A DNA stretch of 63,258 nt, filler included, from Reticulomyxa filosa (GCA_000512085.1; 24 parts of 24 records of this genome joined end to end with filler, not necessarily neighbours in it); one strand, 5' to 3'. Counted from the whole stretch's first letter, positions 38,008 through 52,257 are shown. Notes: generated from the sequence alone by a model not told the origin. Numbers and translations: made by a program.

Positions 38008-38912
38008 GCTTCTTCATCTTCCTCGTTACCAATAATGTTTGGTAATCTCAATAATAGTAACAATAACAACAGTAACAATAACAACAGCAACAATAACAAC
38101 AGCAACAATAACAGCAACAGCAATAGCAATAGCAATAACAGCAACGCTCAAGAGTTTGCTGCGTCATCAAATGTAATAAGTTACAACGACGACAAAGGCA
38201 AGAAGTATAACGAAAAAATGTGTCGAATGAAAGAGGACGCTACTTTGAAACACCCCCCAAACTGTTGGGCGCCGACGACAATGGAACTCAGCGACGGCCA
38301 TTCCAACGCGCTGTGGATGACCTCGCGTGACATGAAACCGGACCGAGTTCGGTGCAGTGACGTCACCAGCCACGCGAGCACGACAGACACGACCAAAGAA
38401 CGCGAACTTGCGCTGGCTGTCTGTGCGAACAAGCAAAGAGAAACACAACTCGAAAACAACAGCTGTGAAATGCAAGAGTCCAATTCTCTCAATTTCATGA
38501 CGACGACGACGACAACGACGACAACGACAACGAAAGAGCCAAATTGCTGCGAGGACCAGGTGGACATGACAGCAATGAAAACAGGCGAAAAAATCAAGGC
38601 CAAAGGCAAGGCTTTGAAGGTCACACAACGCCAAAACAAAGTGGCCGACGTTGCGGGCCTTTCCAAAAAGTATGACTTGAGAAATGAAGATAATGGTATC
38701 AACTTTAGAGCGTTGTCCGAAGTCATCAAAGACGAGCTGCGGAAAGAACTCTGCTTCAAACCCAACGATACTTCGTTCCCGGAAAAACCCTGGCTGTGTC
38801 CTTATACTCACTGTCGCCGAAGATACAAAAACAAAGCCTCTTTGACTATGCACTATCGCGTACATACACGATGGTGTTATGTGTGCAATTTTTGTCTTCG
38901 CAGATTTTCCAG
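37470..38912 (+). CDS. C2H2 zinc-finger protein with poly-N/S/T tracts, partial
   Basis: EKPWLCPYTHCRRRYKNKASLTMHYRVHT, then YVCNFCLRRFS, which is cut by an intron. Confidence 0.88.
37533..37611. repeat. (AAT)n microsatellite, probably coding poly-Asn
   Basis: Read directly. Its 3' part is in frame with the zinc-finger ORF. Confidence 0.85.
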
Positions 38913-38945
38913 GTTTTCTTCTCATTTTCTTTCTTCTTCTTCTCC

Positions 38946-38981
<36 letters not shown>

Positions 38982-39081
38982 NNNNNNNNNNNNNNNNNNN
39001 NNNNNNNNNNNNNNNNNNNNNNNNNTTAATTAATTAANNNNNNNNNNNNNNNNNNNNNNNNNNNNNNNNNNNNNNNNNNNN

Positions 39082-39122
<41 letters not shown>

Positions 39123-42100
39123 CGAGTGAATTCAACGAAAGATAAAAAAACAACAGATACAAGATCTCTTCGTTCTTTGGGATACCCTTCCTCGCAATTG
39201 GAAATATCGTTGACCGACAGTCACCATTCTCCGACGCAAACCAGCGACGGCCCACGATACAAACGAAACGGGGATGTCACCTCGTTGGTCCCATCCATGT
39301 CAGAGTCGAGTCACGCAATGACGCATGCAAAGATGGACCTGCCCAATGGCAATGGAGCGGTGGATCCATGGGAGGAATACCCTCGACAGTTAGGTATTAT
39401 TAGAAGCAACGTGGCCGAACACATGATCACAGCAACAGAGCCCTCTTCACAAAGTCAGAACACGACTTTGAAAAAGCCGACTATTCGCGAGAAACAGCAA
39501 CGACAAAAGAAAGAAAATACCTCCCACGTCCATGTAAGCCACAATGAGAAAAAATCTCTGTCGCAGCCCAATTCGATGGAAAATACCGCGGAGTTATCCG
39601 AATTGGAGTTTGGCATAACATTGAGACATTTGGACGGTGGACAATTGCTGGAGAAATTGCATCACGTGAAAAATGAACTGGGATGGATAAAGATCGTGGA
39701 AGAGCTGATCGCGAGACTAAGGACATCCACTTTGAATCCAAACTTTGCAATAGCAATAAATAACATCAACGCCGGAGTCAGACCCAACGCGAATGCGCAA
39801 CATGGTCAATCACGCGAAGGCAAAGAACTGCGCGAAGTGATAAAAAAAAAGGCCAACAGTTTTTCACAGATTTGCTAAAGTTTGTGCCGTTGGAAAAAAA
39901 TCGACATAATAAAATCATGCTGGAGAATTGCTTGGACATTTTTTGTGCACTGTGCTATGGCAGCAGCGAAGACCACGAAATGAAAACCATGTTGAGCGAG
40001 GTTGGGGTCATTCAATTGGTCGTTTCCATTTGCCAAGAGTATTTGGATGTCGACATTGGCATGTTGCGAAAGTGTTGTTATATTCTAGAGATTATGACTT
40101 ATAATCACGCCGGCAATGTACGAATACTTGTTCAAATTAATAATGGTATACGTATACATAAATAAATACATGTACATGTACATGTACATATATATATGTA
40201 TTTATTTATTGTAGTACTTGGCTTGTCTGAACATATATATATGTATACACATATATGGGGGGGGGGGAAAAAAAAAAAAGGAATTCGATTGCTCTTGACT
40301 ATTTTAAGTCGCTATAACAAAGCCGACGACTTGTGTGTCCATTGCTTCAACACATTGATAAGTTGCATGCACTCGGACAAGAACGACGAAACGAACAACC
40401 AGGTAAGGAAGTTGATATGCGATTGCAATGGCGACAAGATTTGCGTGTTGACACTGCAACAGCGCAAGTGTCAGACGGCACTGGACGAAGTGATAATAAT
40501 CAGCGCCTTGACGTGCATCGCCAACATGGCGTCGGTGTCGGACAACATTGGTCGACTATTGGAAGTGCATGCCGTGACAGATATCATGTCTGTGATTAAT
40601 GACAACCTACATCAAGGCGAGGTGGTGAAGTGTGCGTGCGTGGCGCTGTGCAATCTGAGCAGCGACCGCAAGGCAAGTTGGACGATGTGGCATCAGTACA
40701 ACGTGTATGTGTTGCTGATGAAAATCGTGGACGAATATGTGAAACTGTATTGCGAAAAGAAGAAAACACATAAACACAAGAAACGAACAAATAAGGAAGA
40801 CGAGAGAGAGCCAAAGAATCCCAGTAGCACGACGAACCACCCAGATATTCCAAAGGCGACCATAATGAGCATTCAACAGTATGCACTGGGATGCATTGGC
40901 AATATGATGCGCGACACAAGCAATGTGATTCCATTCATGGCCAATCAAATGTACAAACACATTTACAATGTCATGCAATGTTGTGCCGATGGACGTGAGT
41001 TGATGAAGACATGTCTGAAGCTGCTCAACATTTTGATTACGTCCATGCATACCAGTCGGCCCAAGTCGGACGGGGTCACTCTCAAACAGACACTTCCTCA
41101 AGGCAAGCAGCAATTAAGAGTCGTTCATAATGCTAAACGATCAGGTGTGTTTTTATTAAAAAATAAATAAAATAAAATGTATTTATTTGTTTGTTTGTTT
41201 GTTTGTTTGTTTGCAGAAGGTGCGAACAAATTACTCGACAGTGAATACCCAGGTTATTACGAGAGGATCCATGGCTTGCCTGAAATCCCCACCATGACCA
41301 CAACTCTGCCGTCAAGTCCATTTGTGGAAACCATGTCAACGAGATCAACACAAAGGCCAAACTCGACCTTGTTGAATGAGGAAATGCGATTCAAACACCA
41401 AACCATGCTACTGCAGAGCGGCATTGTGTTTGAAATTCTGAAAGTGATTAAGCTGCCGCATAACGCCATGCTCATTCCCTTGGGCGTGCGCATCTGCAGA
41501 CGCATCCACGCGCAAGTGTGGAAGGCATGCCAGTCCAAGGCTTCCATGGACAGTGTGTACTCCACGCTGACTTCGACAATGATGCCGTTCAATGACGACG
41601 TGAACAAGTTTAGCGTGATCACATTGGAATTGGATCCTTTGCTGTTCAAGCAGATCCAAATCTATCAACTCTTGCATCGCTATGATATCTTTGATTCCAT
41701 GATGCAAACGCTGTTACAGCTGCCTTTTCAATTCCGTCCCTATCGCACTCCAAACTCCAAGCATAACAACACAACTACGCCTACAGCGACAATGGCAACG
41801 GCAATGACAACAGCAATGGCAACAACAACAACAACAACAACAACAACAACGACAATGACAATGACAATGCATCCGACCACCACTGCTACCACTGTCTCTG
41901 TAAATGCATTACATAATTATTTCCAAGTTTTGTGGGAATATTTGAAAATGATTGGCATTTTGATCGACACCACTCGTTTTTCGAAAAAGCTTGAAATGGA
42001 AAAGGACGAGAGCGTACATAACGTGGAAGCAACGGCGACAGGGACAGTTGGGGAACATAAGAAAAGCAGCACTCTCGAGCAATTGCATAACAATGTATTG

Positions 42101-42454
42101 CACCAAATACAACTGGGTAACAAATGGTATGCTTCCGAATGCGCAACTAAACATGCCAAGTTCTTGTTTTGGCTGCTGCACAAGCTTACCCATTGGCTTC
42201 ATTCCATCACCACGTCGTCCAATAATCGCCAACAGCAACGCAACAATCGAAAGGAGAAAATCATGCAGCTGCTGATGGAAGTGGTGCAGATCATATGGAA
42301 ACTGTCCGTCTATCACAAGGCAGCGGCGCATTTGGTCAATGAAGATGGCGTGTTCGCAATCATTAATGCCTCGCGCTATATTCAACACTCAGTTGCTTCG
42401 TCCAAGCGCGTCATTTTAATGGATTACTATTTGAAGATCATTGCCAACATGCTT
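39082..42454 (+). CDS. Armadillo-repeat protein, partial multi-exon
   Basis: Repeats such as GVIQLVVSI..CCYILEIMT, GIRLLLTIL, ALTCIANMA and ACVALCNLS. In-frame intron at 40146-40280. Confidence 0.82.
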
Positions 42455-42630
42455 GGTAGATTGTTTTTTTTTTTTTACTTACATTATACGTATATATGTA
42501 CATAAATATGTACGTACACTTTTTTTTTTTNNNNNNNNNNNNNNNNNNNNNNNNNNNNNNNNNNNNNNNNNNNNTTAATTAATTAANNNNNNNNNNNNNN
42601 NNNNNNNNNNNNNNNNNNNNNNNNNNNNNN

Positions 42631-42825
42631 CAATATGTTTTAATCCAATATGTTTGAATTTATCTTCCATCTCTACAAATATTTGTTCTAAATTTGGACT
42701 TGATATATAATATTTGGAAAAGAAGTAATTGTATAAAGCTTGTTTGTGAATTTGACGATATTTGATATGTTTAGAATATTTCAAAATATTCCATAAAATA
42801 TACAGACACATTTCTTTCAACCTAT
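42631..42825 (-). CDS. PUB-domain-like exon of a lineage-expanded family (possibly pseudogene)
   Basis: ILWNILKYSKHIKYRQI resembles the PUB motif NILxxPxxxKYRxI. Confidence 0.55.
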
Positions 42826-44314
42826 TATTTTACAAATTATTTTTATTTTACACTATATTCGTATTTTTTTTATATTTAACTCATTCAAGTTGGAATTTGC
42901 ACAAATCTCTTCTAATTTCGCGTGTGTATCATTATGAATTTGATTACAATTTCTCCATGTCTGTGATATTGTTGCTTTTTCAAGCTGATTGCCAAAATTT
43001 TTAAATAATCGTATCAAATGCTGTTGTTGCTGTAAATTTGTGCTATATCAAAATATGGAATCAATGATTTATTTATTTAGTAAAAAATAAAAATGTATTA
43101 TTACGTGTTCTCAGTTAGCCAGGTTAAGGCACTTTGATTACAAAGTTTCAATGCATCTGCGGTGATCTCTCCATCTATCTTAGGGAACGTTTGTTGAAAT
43201 TGTGCGAGCATGATGAAATTAACTTCAAAACAAATCCTTTTTTTCTATTGACGTTCAGAAACTGAGTTAAAGTGTTATTTCAAAAATTTAAGAAGGCAAA
43301 AACTTGAGCAAATGTTTTTACTCAAAACACAAATAAATTAATTTTTTATAAATTGTAATATCGTCATTTGCTGATTTACTTATGATGGTAATTTAGCACA
43401 ACTGTCTTTCAATGCATTTTTTATCTTAAAAAAAAATGAAGAAAAAGAGATAAAATTGGACTCATTAATATTATTAACAGCATGTACTAGATATGAAATT
43501 ATTTGCGGTTTAAATGTAGATTTAGTTTTTAATCAGCAATTTGCGTCAATATCTGTAAGTCTTTTGGATTAATTTATTACAGTACAATAATAATCTTTTT
43601 CCTTATTTCAATCCGGTGAATGTACTGTATGTGAAATTACAGCTTTTTTCTTTGAAAAAAACATTTCTTTTACCAAGCTGTATCTTATTGAAGAAGAAAA
43701 TGACTAAAAAGAGGAAAAAGCACTTTGTTTTCGTTTTTACTCTGTTAAAATTGTGCAAGCATGACACTGATGAAGTCAACACCAAACAAAATTCTTTTCT
43801 TTTTTCACAGTAGGATAAAACTCTACCTATAGAGATAATTGTGATTCTTTATGAAAATAATTTTTTTTCATATAAGAAAAATATTTACAAATTGTGTTTA
43901 ATTTATTTTTTAACCCTTTCTTTGTGGTCTTAATGCATTAAAAGTATTATTGTCAAAATGACATTTCATAACAAATTCACTATGTCAATCTTTGATAAAA
44001 TGAAAAAAATAATAAGATAAAGTAATTTACAAACAATTGATATTCAAAATACAGTATGTTGCAAAAAAAACTGATTGTCTAAAACGATATCTTATGAGTC
44101 AAATTATATTGAAGTGATATATCGAATATACATAAAAAAGATCAAAGCAAGAATAAGTCTGTTTTGACTTTTTTGTTTCAATTCATTTTAAATTTGGTTA
44201 TTCGATTTTCTGATATTTTATGTCTTTGGAGAAAGTAAAATGAAATTATCAAAAAAAATTATTTGACAAACAACTGTTTTGAAAAAAAAAGACAAACAAA
44301 TTTAATAATTATAT

Positions 44315-44678
44315 TCATCCACAAACATGAACCTGACCTTTCCATGAACCATAACATAAATGAAGTCCATAATTATTTACATTACTTTTTTTTTTATTTT
44401 TCAATGATAAAAATTTAATACAGCAAATTTCATTGTCTTCTTTTTCATTTACTTTCATAATATACAATTCATTCTTATTTGATCGAATATCCCAAAATCG
44501 AATTGTATTATCAAATGATCCAGAACATATCACATTTGAATTACCATACTTATTTATTACAAATGGTGAATATTCAGCAGCATATACTCGATATGTATGT
44601 CCATTGAATTTTCGAACTTGTTGATTATATCGAATATCCCACAAACAAACACTTTTATCATATGATCCAGATAATATT
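44315..44678 (-). CDS. WD40-repeat protein C-terminus (paralog of 27621-29954)
   Basis: WDIR..FNGH..EYSPF..ICSGSFDNTIRFWDIR..LCYGS. Confidence 0.88.
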
Positions 44679-45527
44679 NNNNNNNNNNNNNNNNNNNNNN
44701 NNNNNNNNNNNNNNNNNNNNNNTTAATTAATTAANNNNNNNNNNNNNNNNNNNNNNNNNNNNNNNNNNNNNNNNNNNNTGTGGATGAAAAGGATATAACC
44801 AAAGACCGCGTGATACTTGGAGAGCCAAACGTAATGATGACAAAAGTACATATCTTAACATAAATTATACTTATTTTTATTAATTTTGTCTTTGTTGAAT
44901 AAATTTCCTTTTGTATTATATTTCGTTTCTCTTCACTGTCACTTGAATTTAAACAAAATTTGAAGTAGTTGAAAGAATGTGTTGATGTATTTTTAAAAAA
45001 ACGTGTTTCAATATTGGACATTATATTGAATTTATATTTCCCTCGTCCAAACAAAAACAGTGTGACTGTACTATCACAAAGCTGATTAATCAAAAATCTT
45101 GATTAGAATTGGAGGTATTGCCTTTACTAATGCTCCTTTTCTTGCTTGTAATTTTTTCTTTGCGTTGATTTTTTTGCCGTAGAGAGTGGATGAAGAGGAG
45201 ACTGTAGTTCAGTTTGCAGTATAGACTTGACTAAAGAGTATTAACTTTCTTGATATTTGTTATCGAAGTAAACAACAATTCTTCTTTTACATTTGAATTG
45301 TGGTTCAAGAAAAGATCCCGTTTGTATATGAAATTGTTTGAACATACTTTTTTGCAGGAAGCCAAAAGCAATTTCTCATCTCAAGAAAAAAGATTTGATT
45401 TTTGTTGACTCATGGTTTCTTGGAAATATTCAAAGCAAAGAATTGTTCCACTTAAGTTTTTATAATTTCGAGACCAAAAACGTGTCAAAACGAGGTTTTT
45501 TGTTAAGTGAACGCAATAACAAAAAAT

Positions 45528-46512
45528 ATGATAAGTTGTCGTTATCCACTTCGTTTATTTAATCGAATACCCTCACAATTAGGGCGACCTGTTTTAAATT
45601 TTACAGCGCGTTCTTCCTTTTCGTCTTTTCAAAATGACACAAACAAACCAATACTGCTGGAACGATTGGAAGGAAATGACAAAGGGATTTGTGTATTGTC
45701 ATTGAATCATCCAAAGGTGAATGCATTAAGCCGTAAATTATTAGACTCAATGCAAGAATGTCTAAAGACATTTGAAGAAGACAATATGAAGACAATCCGT
45801 ACAGTGATAATACGAAGCAATTTGGAAAGCAAAATATTTTGTGCTGGAGCAGATCTAAAAGAACGAGAGACAATGACACCGAAAGAAACAAGCGAATTCG
45901 TACAATTGTTACGAAACACGTTCACTCGAATTGAAAGACTGCCTCAGCCTGTCATTGCTTCAATTGACGGAACCGCAGTGGGTGGAGGTTTGGAATTAGC
46001 ACTCGCTTGCGACATACGAGTCGCCGGAAAAAATGCAATTCTTGGATTGGTCGAAACTAGTTTGGCGATCATTCCTGGGTAAGCACTATATTTTTTGCAA
46101 ACATCTTCGGGAAAATACGTGGCACATATATGTATACGTATATGATGCACACAGCGCTGGTGGAACACAACGACTTCCTCGTGTTGTCGGTATATCGAAA
46201 GCAAAAGAACTTATTTTCACAGCAAGAAAATTTGATGGTAGCTATGCCGAATGTATCGGCTTGCTGGACTCATGGAATGCGACTCAGGAAAGTAGTATGG
46301 ACAAGGCTTTGACATTGGCACGAGAGATTGTTAATAATGGTCCTGTTGCAATCGCCGCAGCCAAACAAGCAATTAATGAGTCTTTTGCGCCTACTGTCCA
46401 AAATATGAGTGCTGAAAAGAATGCCTATGACAGAGTCATCCCCACAAAAGATCGGCTGGAAGCCTTGGCCGCATTCAAAGAAAAAAGAAAACCCTCTTTT
46501 AAAGGCGAGTAA
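45528..46512 (+). CDS. AUH: Methylglutaconyl-CoA hydratase (enoyl-CoA hydratase/crotonase family), mitochondrial; intron 46079-46154
   Basis: FCAGADLKER, AVGGGLELALACDIRVA, GLVETSLAIIPGAGGTQRLPR and PTKDRLEALAAFKEKRKP. Arg/Ser-rich presequence. Confidence 0.92.
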
Positions 46513-46985
46513 TTGTAAATCATCACATAGCACATCACCGATCGACAATTAATTTGTTTCTCATTCTTCAAGAGTGTATCCCTTAAAAATGAATACACCA
46601 ATTCAAAGCTTTTTTTCGTCTTTAGGATGTCTTGTAAACAAGAATGGTCTCATGGCAACAGATCTCTTTTGTTTCATTTAACAATTTAAAGTCATCAATA
46701 CAACACTCGCTCAAAATTAATTTGTGATTGAAAGGTGAGAGGTGAATCAGAAGAAAAAAAAAAAAAAAGGGAAAGAAAATAAAAGTGACGGGCGAGCTTT
46801 TTCCCCCTTTTCAACAAATATTGAAAACACAAAAAAATCACACAATTAATCCATAATATTTTTTTTAATTTAGTTAAAAAAATATAGGCAGTCAAAAAAT
46901 ATTTTTTAAAAAAATCATGAACAATGTACACGTGTCAAAGAGATTTGATCTGCTTTTGGTACAAAAAAAAAAAGGCTCAGTCAAA

Positions 46986-47477
46986 TCAATCCCAATTGAA
47001 ACGTGACAAAGGTCCATCGGAATAAGTCCCCAAGCATTTGATAATATCGTGACAACTTTGAAACCATTGAGAATAAGTAGACTTTAAAAATAACTCTTGT
47101 TTGTTGGAATCAAAGGCAGTCTGCAAATGTAAATAAGCGTTGAAACAGATCAAAACGAAGTATCTTTCCAAGAAATTCAAAGACAATTTTTTCCAATAGG
47201 CACTTCGTTTGGTTTCATGGGCCGTGCCACTGCTGTTGGAATGAGTCTCGGATTTGCTCTCAAAATCGAACCACAATTTGGTGAAATAGATGCAATCCCT
47301 TAAATTTTGCAAATGCTGGCAGCGATCAATGATATCATCCAGCTCTTTTTTTAAAGCCTGGCCATTTAAGTGATAGGTTTGGGTCAGAATTTTCACCAAG
47401 TTTCGGATGATCGTAAAGTCGCCATTGCGCATGGTTACGGAATTCATAGTCGTCATAGAAGAGATGGAGACAGTGGC

Positions 47478-47508
<31 letters not shown>

Positions 47509-48533
47509 ACGGTCGCAGTAGCAGTGGTTTTCGTCGTGGTAGTGCCAGTAGTGGTTTTATTCGAAATAGTTTGTTGCACATTCATATATTTTTTGCTGTC
47601 ATTTGCTTCCTCTGTGGAAATAGTAGGAACGTCATCGGGCCATAAAGAATTGTTTTGAGCGGAACGGGATTGATAGTCTTGGATCAAATGTTGCATTCTT
47701 TTTTTGATTAAGCAAGCCATAATCATACCCTCCGTGGTTCTGCCTTTTCCCATTTGGCAATTGAATATGATGGCGGTGTCAAATCCCACGCCTTTGATCA
47801 TGCCCACCAATTCGTCAATCGACTTTGGTTCCGGTGCTCTTTCGTCATTCACCGTCAGTCGTCGCAACGTAATCACATTGTCTTTTGATCGACTTACGCG
47901 ATCATACATTTCTTGCAACGACATAATGTCATCTTCCACTTTGTCGATATGCACTTGATGCACTTGGTCTTTGCGATCTTGTGGCAACAGCGCATATGTA
48001 TCCTGATGGTATTCAAATTGATTGCTATTCGCAGAGGTACGCCTTCGTATTATTTCAGTCAATTCCATTTGTAGCCAAGTAATTTCTGGAATACTCAAGT
48101 CCGATGGGAAATGAATGTTCTCCGACAAATTTTTGGGGTCTCTCGGCGCGTAACTATAGTTTTTTACATATATCACCGGCTCACTGCGCATATTTATCCA
48201 CAAAATTTTTTTCACTTTTCTGCTACTTTTGTTATGCTCTGTCTCTTTGTTTTTACTGCTCTTTTCTTCTTCGTCACTCTTTTCCTTCTTTCCATATACC
48301 AAGGCATCGATTATCTTTGTTAGTGCTGACACTGTTGGCTGTCCACTCCCATATATGTGAAAACCATAACATTGACGAAAATTTGGTGCGCCTTCCAACT
48401 TTGGATCAATTCGGTATATGTTTTCAAAGTGGTCAATTTTCACCACACCATAATCCATTAATTTTTTCAACGGTTCTAACCGCTTGTGCGGATTATTTTC
48501 TTTATCTGTTTTTTTCTCGCTTGACAAAGCCAT
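46986..48533 (-). CDS. Paladin-like (PTP-like inositol phosphate/phytase family) phosphatase, single module, intronless
   Basis: GAPNFR, YGSGQPT, WINMRSEPVIY, DERAP, FNCQMGKGRTT (CX5R) and LERYFVLICFNAYL. Confidence 0.9.
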
Positions 48534-49101
48534 GTCAAGTAATTATAATTAATCAAGTAAACAAACGGAAAAAAACGCTACGCCAACGTATTTGACGGAA
48601 AATTTACAAAAACAAATTTGACACAACTAACGTCTATTTGAGCAGAAACAAGTACACGGTCTCAGAACAAGCCTTTTTTAATTTGTTTTGAAAATCACAA
48701 AAAAAAGACTAAGGAGAAGTAATTATAGCAAAGTAAATATTTGCCAAGAAAACTGTCAAAATTCTGAATACTAAAATTTTGCACAATTGCTCCTGGTGGT
48801 TTATTTTTGTATGCAAACTGACACTTTAGTGCAAAAACAAAAGAATAAAATTATTTTTTGCAGTATGAATTTTGGGGAGTGATCGGTTATTTTTGATTGA
48901 GCAACGAACGCATTCTGATACAGCAGCGTGTATTGACTAACACAACCACAAGAGTTCATTCCAAAACTTTCAAAGTGATTGAGACAAAACTGTTAGTTAG
49001 GTATTTGACGCTTGGAAAAAATAAAAATGTGTAGAACAACCTATCAAAAAAAAAGGAACGTTGATTGAGAAGACGACGGCAAGAGAAAAAAAAAGAATAA
49101 A

Positions 49102-49632
49102 ATGACGTCCACAAAGGAAAATGGGAAAGCAGACAAAATAGCAGCAAATGTGACAGTAAATGGTTCTGTATTTTCATCAAAACGAAGCTATCCATTTTGT
49201 TCGATCCGGCCAGAAGAATACATAGCGAATAAAGACAATCTATTGAAACTATGGTACAAAGATCCGAATCGTGTGGATTTGGGTGAATGTTTGTTAGCAG
49301 GAGTAGTGGAATCAATTCCGCGATCCATTCATCCCAATTATCTCACAGTCATGAGTTTGGGTTGTAATATTACATTGTTTTCACTTGCCATAATGGTACC
49401 ACTTACCACTGATCTTTATCGCAAAGCCATCCTATGTCTCCTTTGCAGCATATTCACGTTTTTGGGAATGGCGTTGGACGCTTTGGATGGAATGCACGCC
49501 AGGGCGACTCAACAGACCTCTTATGTTGGTGCTCTGTTGGACCACTGGTTTGATTCCATAAGTAGTGTCATGTGTGCTGCAAGTATTACTCTTGGTTTGG
49601 ATTGTAACCATTGGCTAGTCGATTTGGGTTTC
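49102..49632 (+). CDS. CDP-alcohol phosphotransferase (choline/ethanolamine phosphotransferase-like), 3'-partial
   Basis: HPNYLT and the signature DALDGMHARATQQTSYVGALLDHWFD. Transmembrane helices. Confidence 0.9.
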
Positions 49633-49677
<45 letters not shown>

Positions 49678-51319
49678 GGGGGGGCATAATGCACTTTACA
49701 TACAACANNNNNNNNNNNNNNNNNNNNNNNNNNNNNNNNNNNNNNNNNNNNTTAATTAATTAANNNNNNNNNNNNNNNNNNNNNNNNNNNNNNNNNNNNN
49801 NNNNNNNGTAGGGGAAGTCCCTATTATAAATTCCCAACTACTAACGGAACGTGGGACCCCCATTGGGTTAAAACTCTCTTCTCAACACAACTCACTTTTC
49901 TCTCGTTGTACTTGTTTCTTTCATTTTGTTATTATTCTTTTTTAATTTACTTCTTTTACTGAAGTTGTTCTTTTGGAATTAAGTTCCTTTCGTATTACAC
50001 TTAGTCTTCTCACAAATCCCACAAAGTGGTAAAACTACAACAAAAAAGGTGTAAGTTAATATGAAAGTGCATGACAGTCAAATAGATTTAAATTTGACGG
50101 AGATTCTGAAAATGATCTGCCATTACAATGCAACGCACCACAAGGATTTCTGTACTAGGTTCACTAAGCATGGAACAGCTTCGAACATTAAGATTAGATT
50201 CTATAAAAAAAATAACAAAAGTTTGAAATTTTTGTTTTTAATAAAATAAATTAACATTTTTTAACATACCCAAAGTAAAAGAACGATATATCATAAATTT
50301 GCAGCGGATACTACAGTACAAATTCTTATTGTGCGAAGTGGGTTACTGGAGCGTGAAGTATAGAACATTGCATTTGGGCGCAGGCAACGCATTGTAGACT
50401 GTAGTCAGTTTATTTGACGACATCGCATGAGATGAATAGTCGCCAAATCAATATTGCATCATATAAAGACAGCACTTTGTGAACATTTGCTAATGGCGAT
50501 GGAATAGCTAGATCAACTACTGCAAGACAACAACAAGTTTATTATTAAAGAATTTGATTATTTACAAAAAAATAATTATAATTCTTTTTTTCATAAGCAG
50601 ATAAGTGCTTAAATCAGATTTATCGATAGCCAATGGCGCGAATGCGAAAAATGAATATATTTAAAAGTTGATAATTTAATTGAAATTTTTATTAGGAAAG
50701 ATAGTTGATATTCTGAACTAACAAAGAAAGTGTACTTTTAAAAAGTTATTGTGACAGAAACAAAAGCGTTTGGAGGATCAGAAAGCTACACTAGAGACTT
50801 AATAAATATTTTAATTGACTTATGGAAAGATAAAATGAACAAATTGCATTTGACGCAATGATAGTAATAAGTGTATTGTACATTTTAAGACTAGACGAAC
50901 AAATGATAAGTGGTCGCGACAAATACGGATTGAATATTTTGAAAGTCGTGTGGGAATCATTGAATTAGTATGCTTATACATACAAACAAGGTGACTTGTG
51001 CAATATATACTAAGTCGAATGTATATAAGTGGTTCGATATATATTCTGCTGATGTAAAAAATATATTGATAATTTCATAATAAAATATAGCCATGATAAG
51101 TCAAGCAAACCTAGAAAATATTAGCATTGTAGTCGTACGTATAATGATATGTATTGTCAAATTAACGTTTTGTACAAAATTCTAAAACGTTAGTATATGA
51201 ATTGCGCAAGCTGTGTCTGAGGATGTGTAGATCACAAGGTGAAGTGGTTGTACGAGATTGACGTTGTCATCGACATAGACTTTTCACAGGCAAAGACAAA
51301 CTAATTGGAAAACTAGGTA

Positions 51320-51725
51320 TTTTTTTTTAAGCTTTTGCACCGTGAAGGTATCCAACTACTACTTGCTTCGTCATTCAATCATCACTGTTACTCACACTAA
51401 CTCATCTACTCGAAAGTGCAAACAAAAGCAAGTTAAAGTACATGGACCTAATTAGGTCATGGCACAAATATAAAGAAAAACTTAAAATTACAATAGTTAT
51501 CCAAACAAAAAGCAGAAAAATAAACAAAAGTTGTCAAAATTGTTATAAAAAAAAATTGTTAAAAATTTGTCAAAAAATGTTGGAAAAATATCAGCGTTTC
51601 CTTCCAGTTGCAACAACGAACTTTGCAAGTTCCTTGACAACTTTGACTCTTGTATCAGGTTCACATGTATTGTCTCCAATCACCAAAGTTTTCAGGTTCG
51701 ATGTCTTGAACTTGAAGAACGGCAA
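51320..51725 (-). mobile_element. LINE 3' end (copy D): ORF2 C-terminus + 3' UTR + short A tail
   Basis: LVIGDNTCEPDTRVKVVKELAKFVVATGR and the UTR align with 12500-12860. Confidence 0.85.
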
Positions 51726-51730
51726 CAATG

Positions 51731-51850
51731 TTTTTTTTTTAGATGGGTTGCAGTGGGGACGTGTCAAGTGTTGGGTTACTATATCGCTTCATCATAAACT
51801 CGCAATACTTTTTGCCATCTCTACATGCATAAACTCAGGTCTTTCTAGTT
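51731..51850 (-). mobile_element. 3' terminus with poly(A) of a related LINE/SINE subfamily (copy F)
   Basis: Reverse complement closely matches 52260-52366 and ends ...CCCATCT(A)10. Confidence 0.7.
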
Positions 51851-52257
51851 AAAAGGACATCGTTCTAAGAAATAGAACACAGTACTCAAAAAAGAAACAC
51901 AAAAATTAAAGAAAGACACAAAATCTTACAACGACCAAGAGGTCCATGCAAAATAATCAAAAGAAAAACAATAAAGTTATTTCAATTTAAATTGAGATAC
52001 TTGAGAAAGGTTGACAATTGTTCAAATCCTTAAAAAAAATATAAATCTATATTATCGTCATTAACGATCGTCGTGGAAAATCGTCAAGATTATCTCGAGA
52101 TCACTTCAAGTAAACTTAGANNNNNNNNNNNNNNNNNNNNNNNNNNNNNNNNNNNNNNNNNNNNTTAATTAATTAANNNNNNNNNNNNNNNNNNNNNNNN
52201 NNNNNNNNNNNNNNNNNNNNTTTTGCGTGTCTTTCTTTGTTTTGTTTTTTTTTTTTA

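Noticed and set aside
37402-38925. Antisense ORFs with poly-Leu/Ile/Val (also 15449, 16931, 47407) as membrane proteins
   Set aside because: They are shadows of trinucleotide repeats in the real gene on the opposite strand.
21659-48533. Phosphate-scavenging gene cluster (PhoD, purple acid phosphatase, paladin-like)
   Set aside because: The genes are on different contigs separated by artificial spacers, so there is no linkage evidence.
48533-49102. Divergent gene pairs as co-regulated systems (also 57730/58084)
   Set aside because: Short head-to-head spacing is ordinary in a compact genome, and no shared motif was seen.
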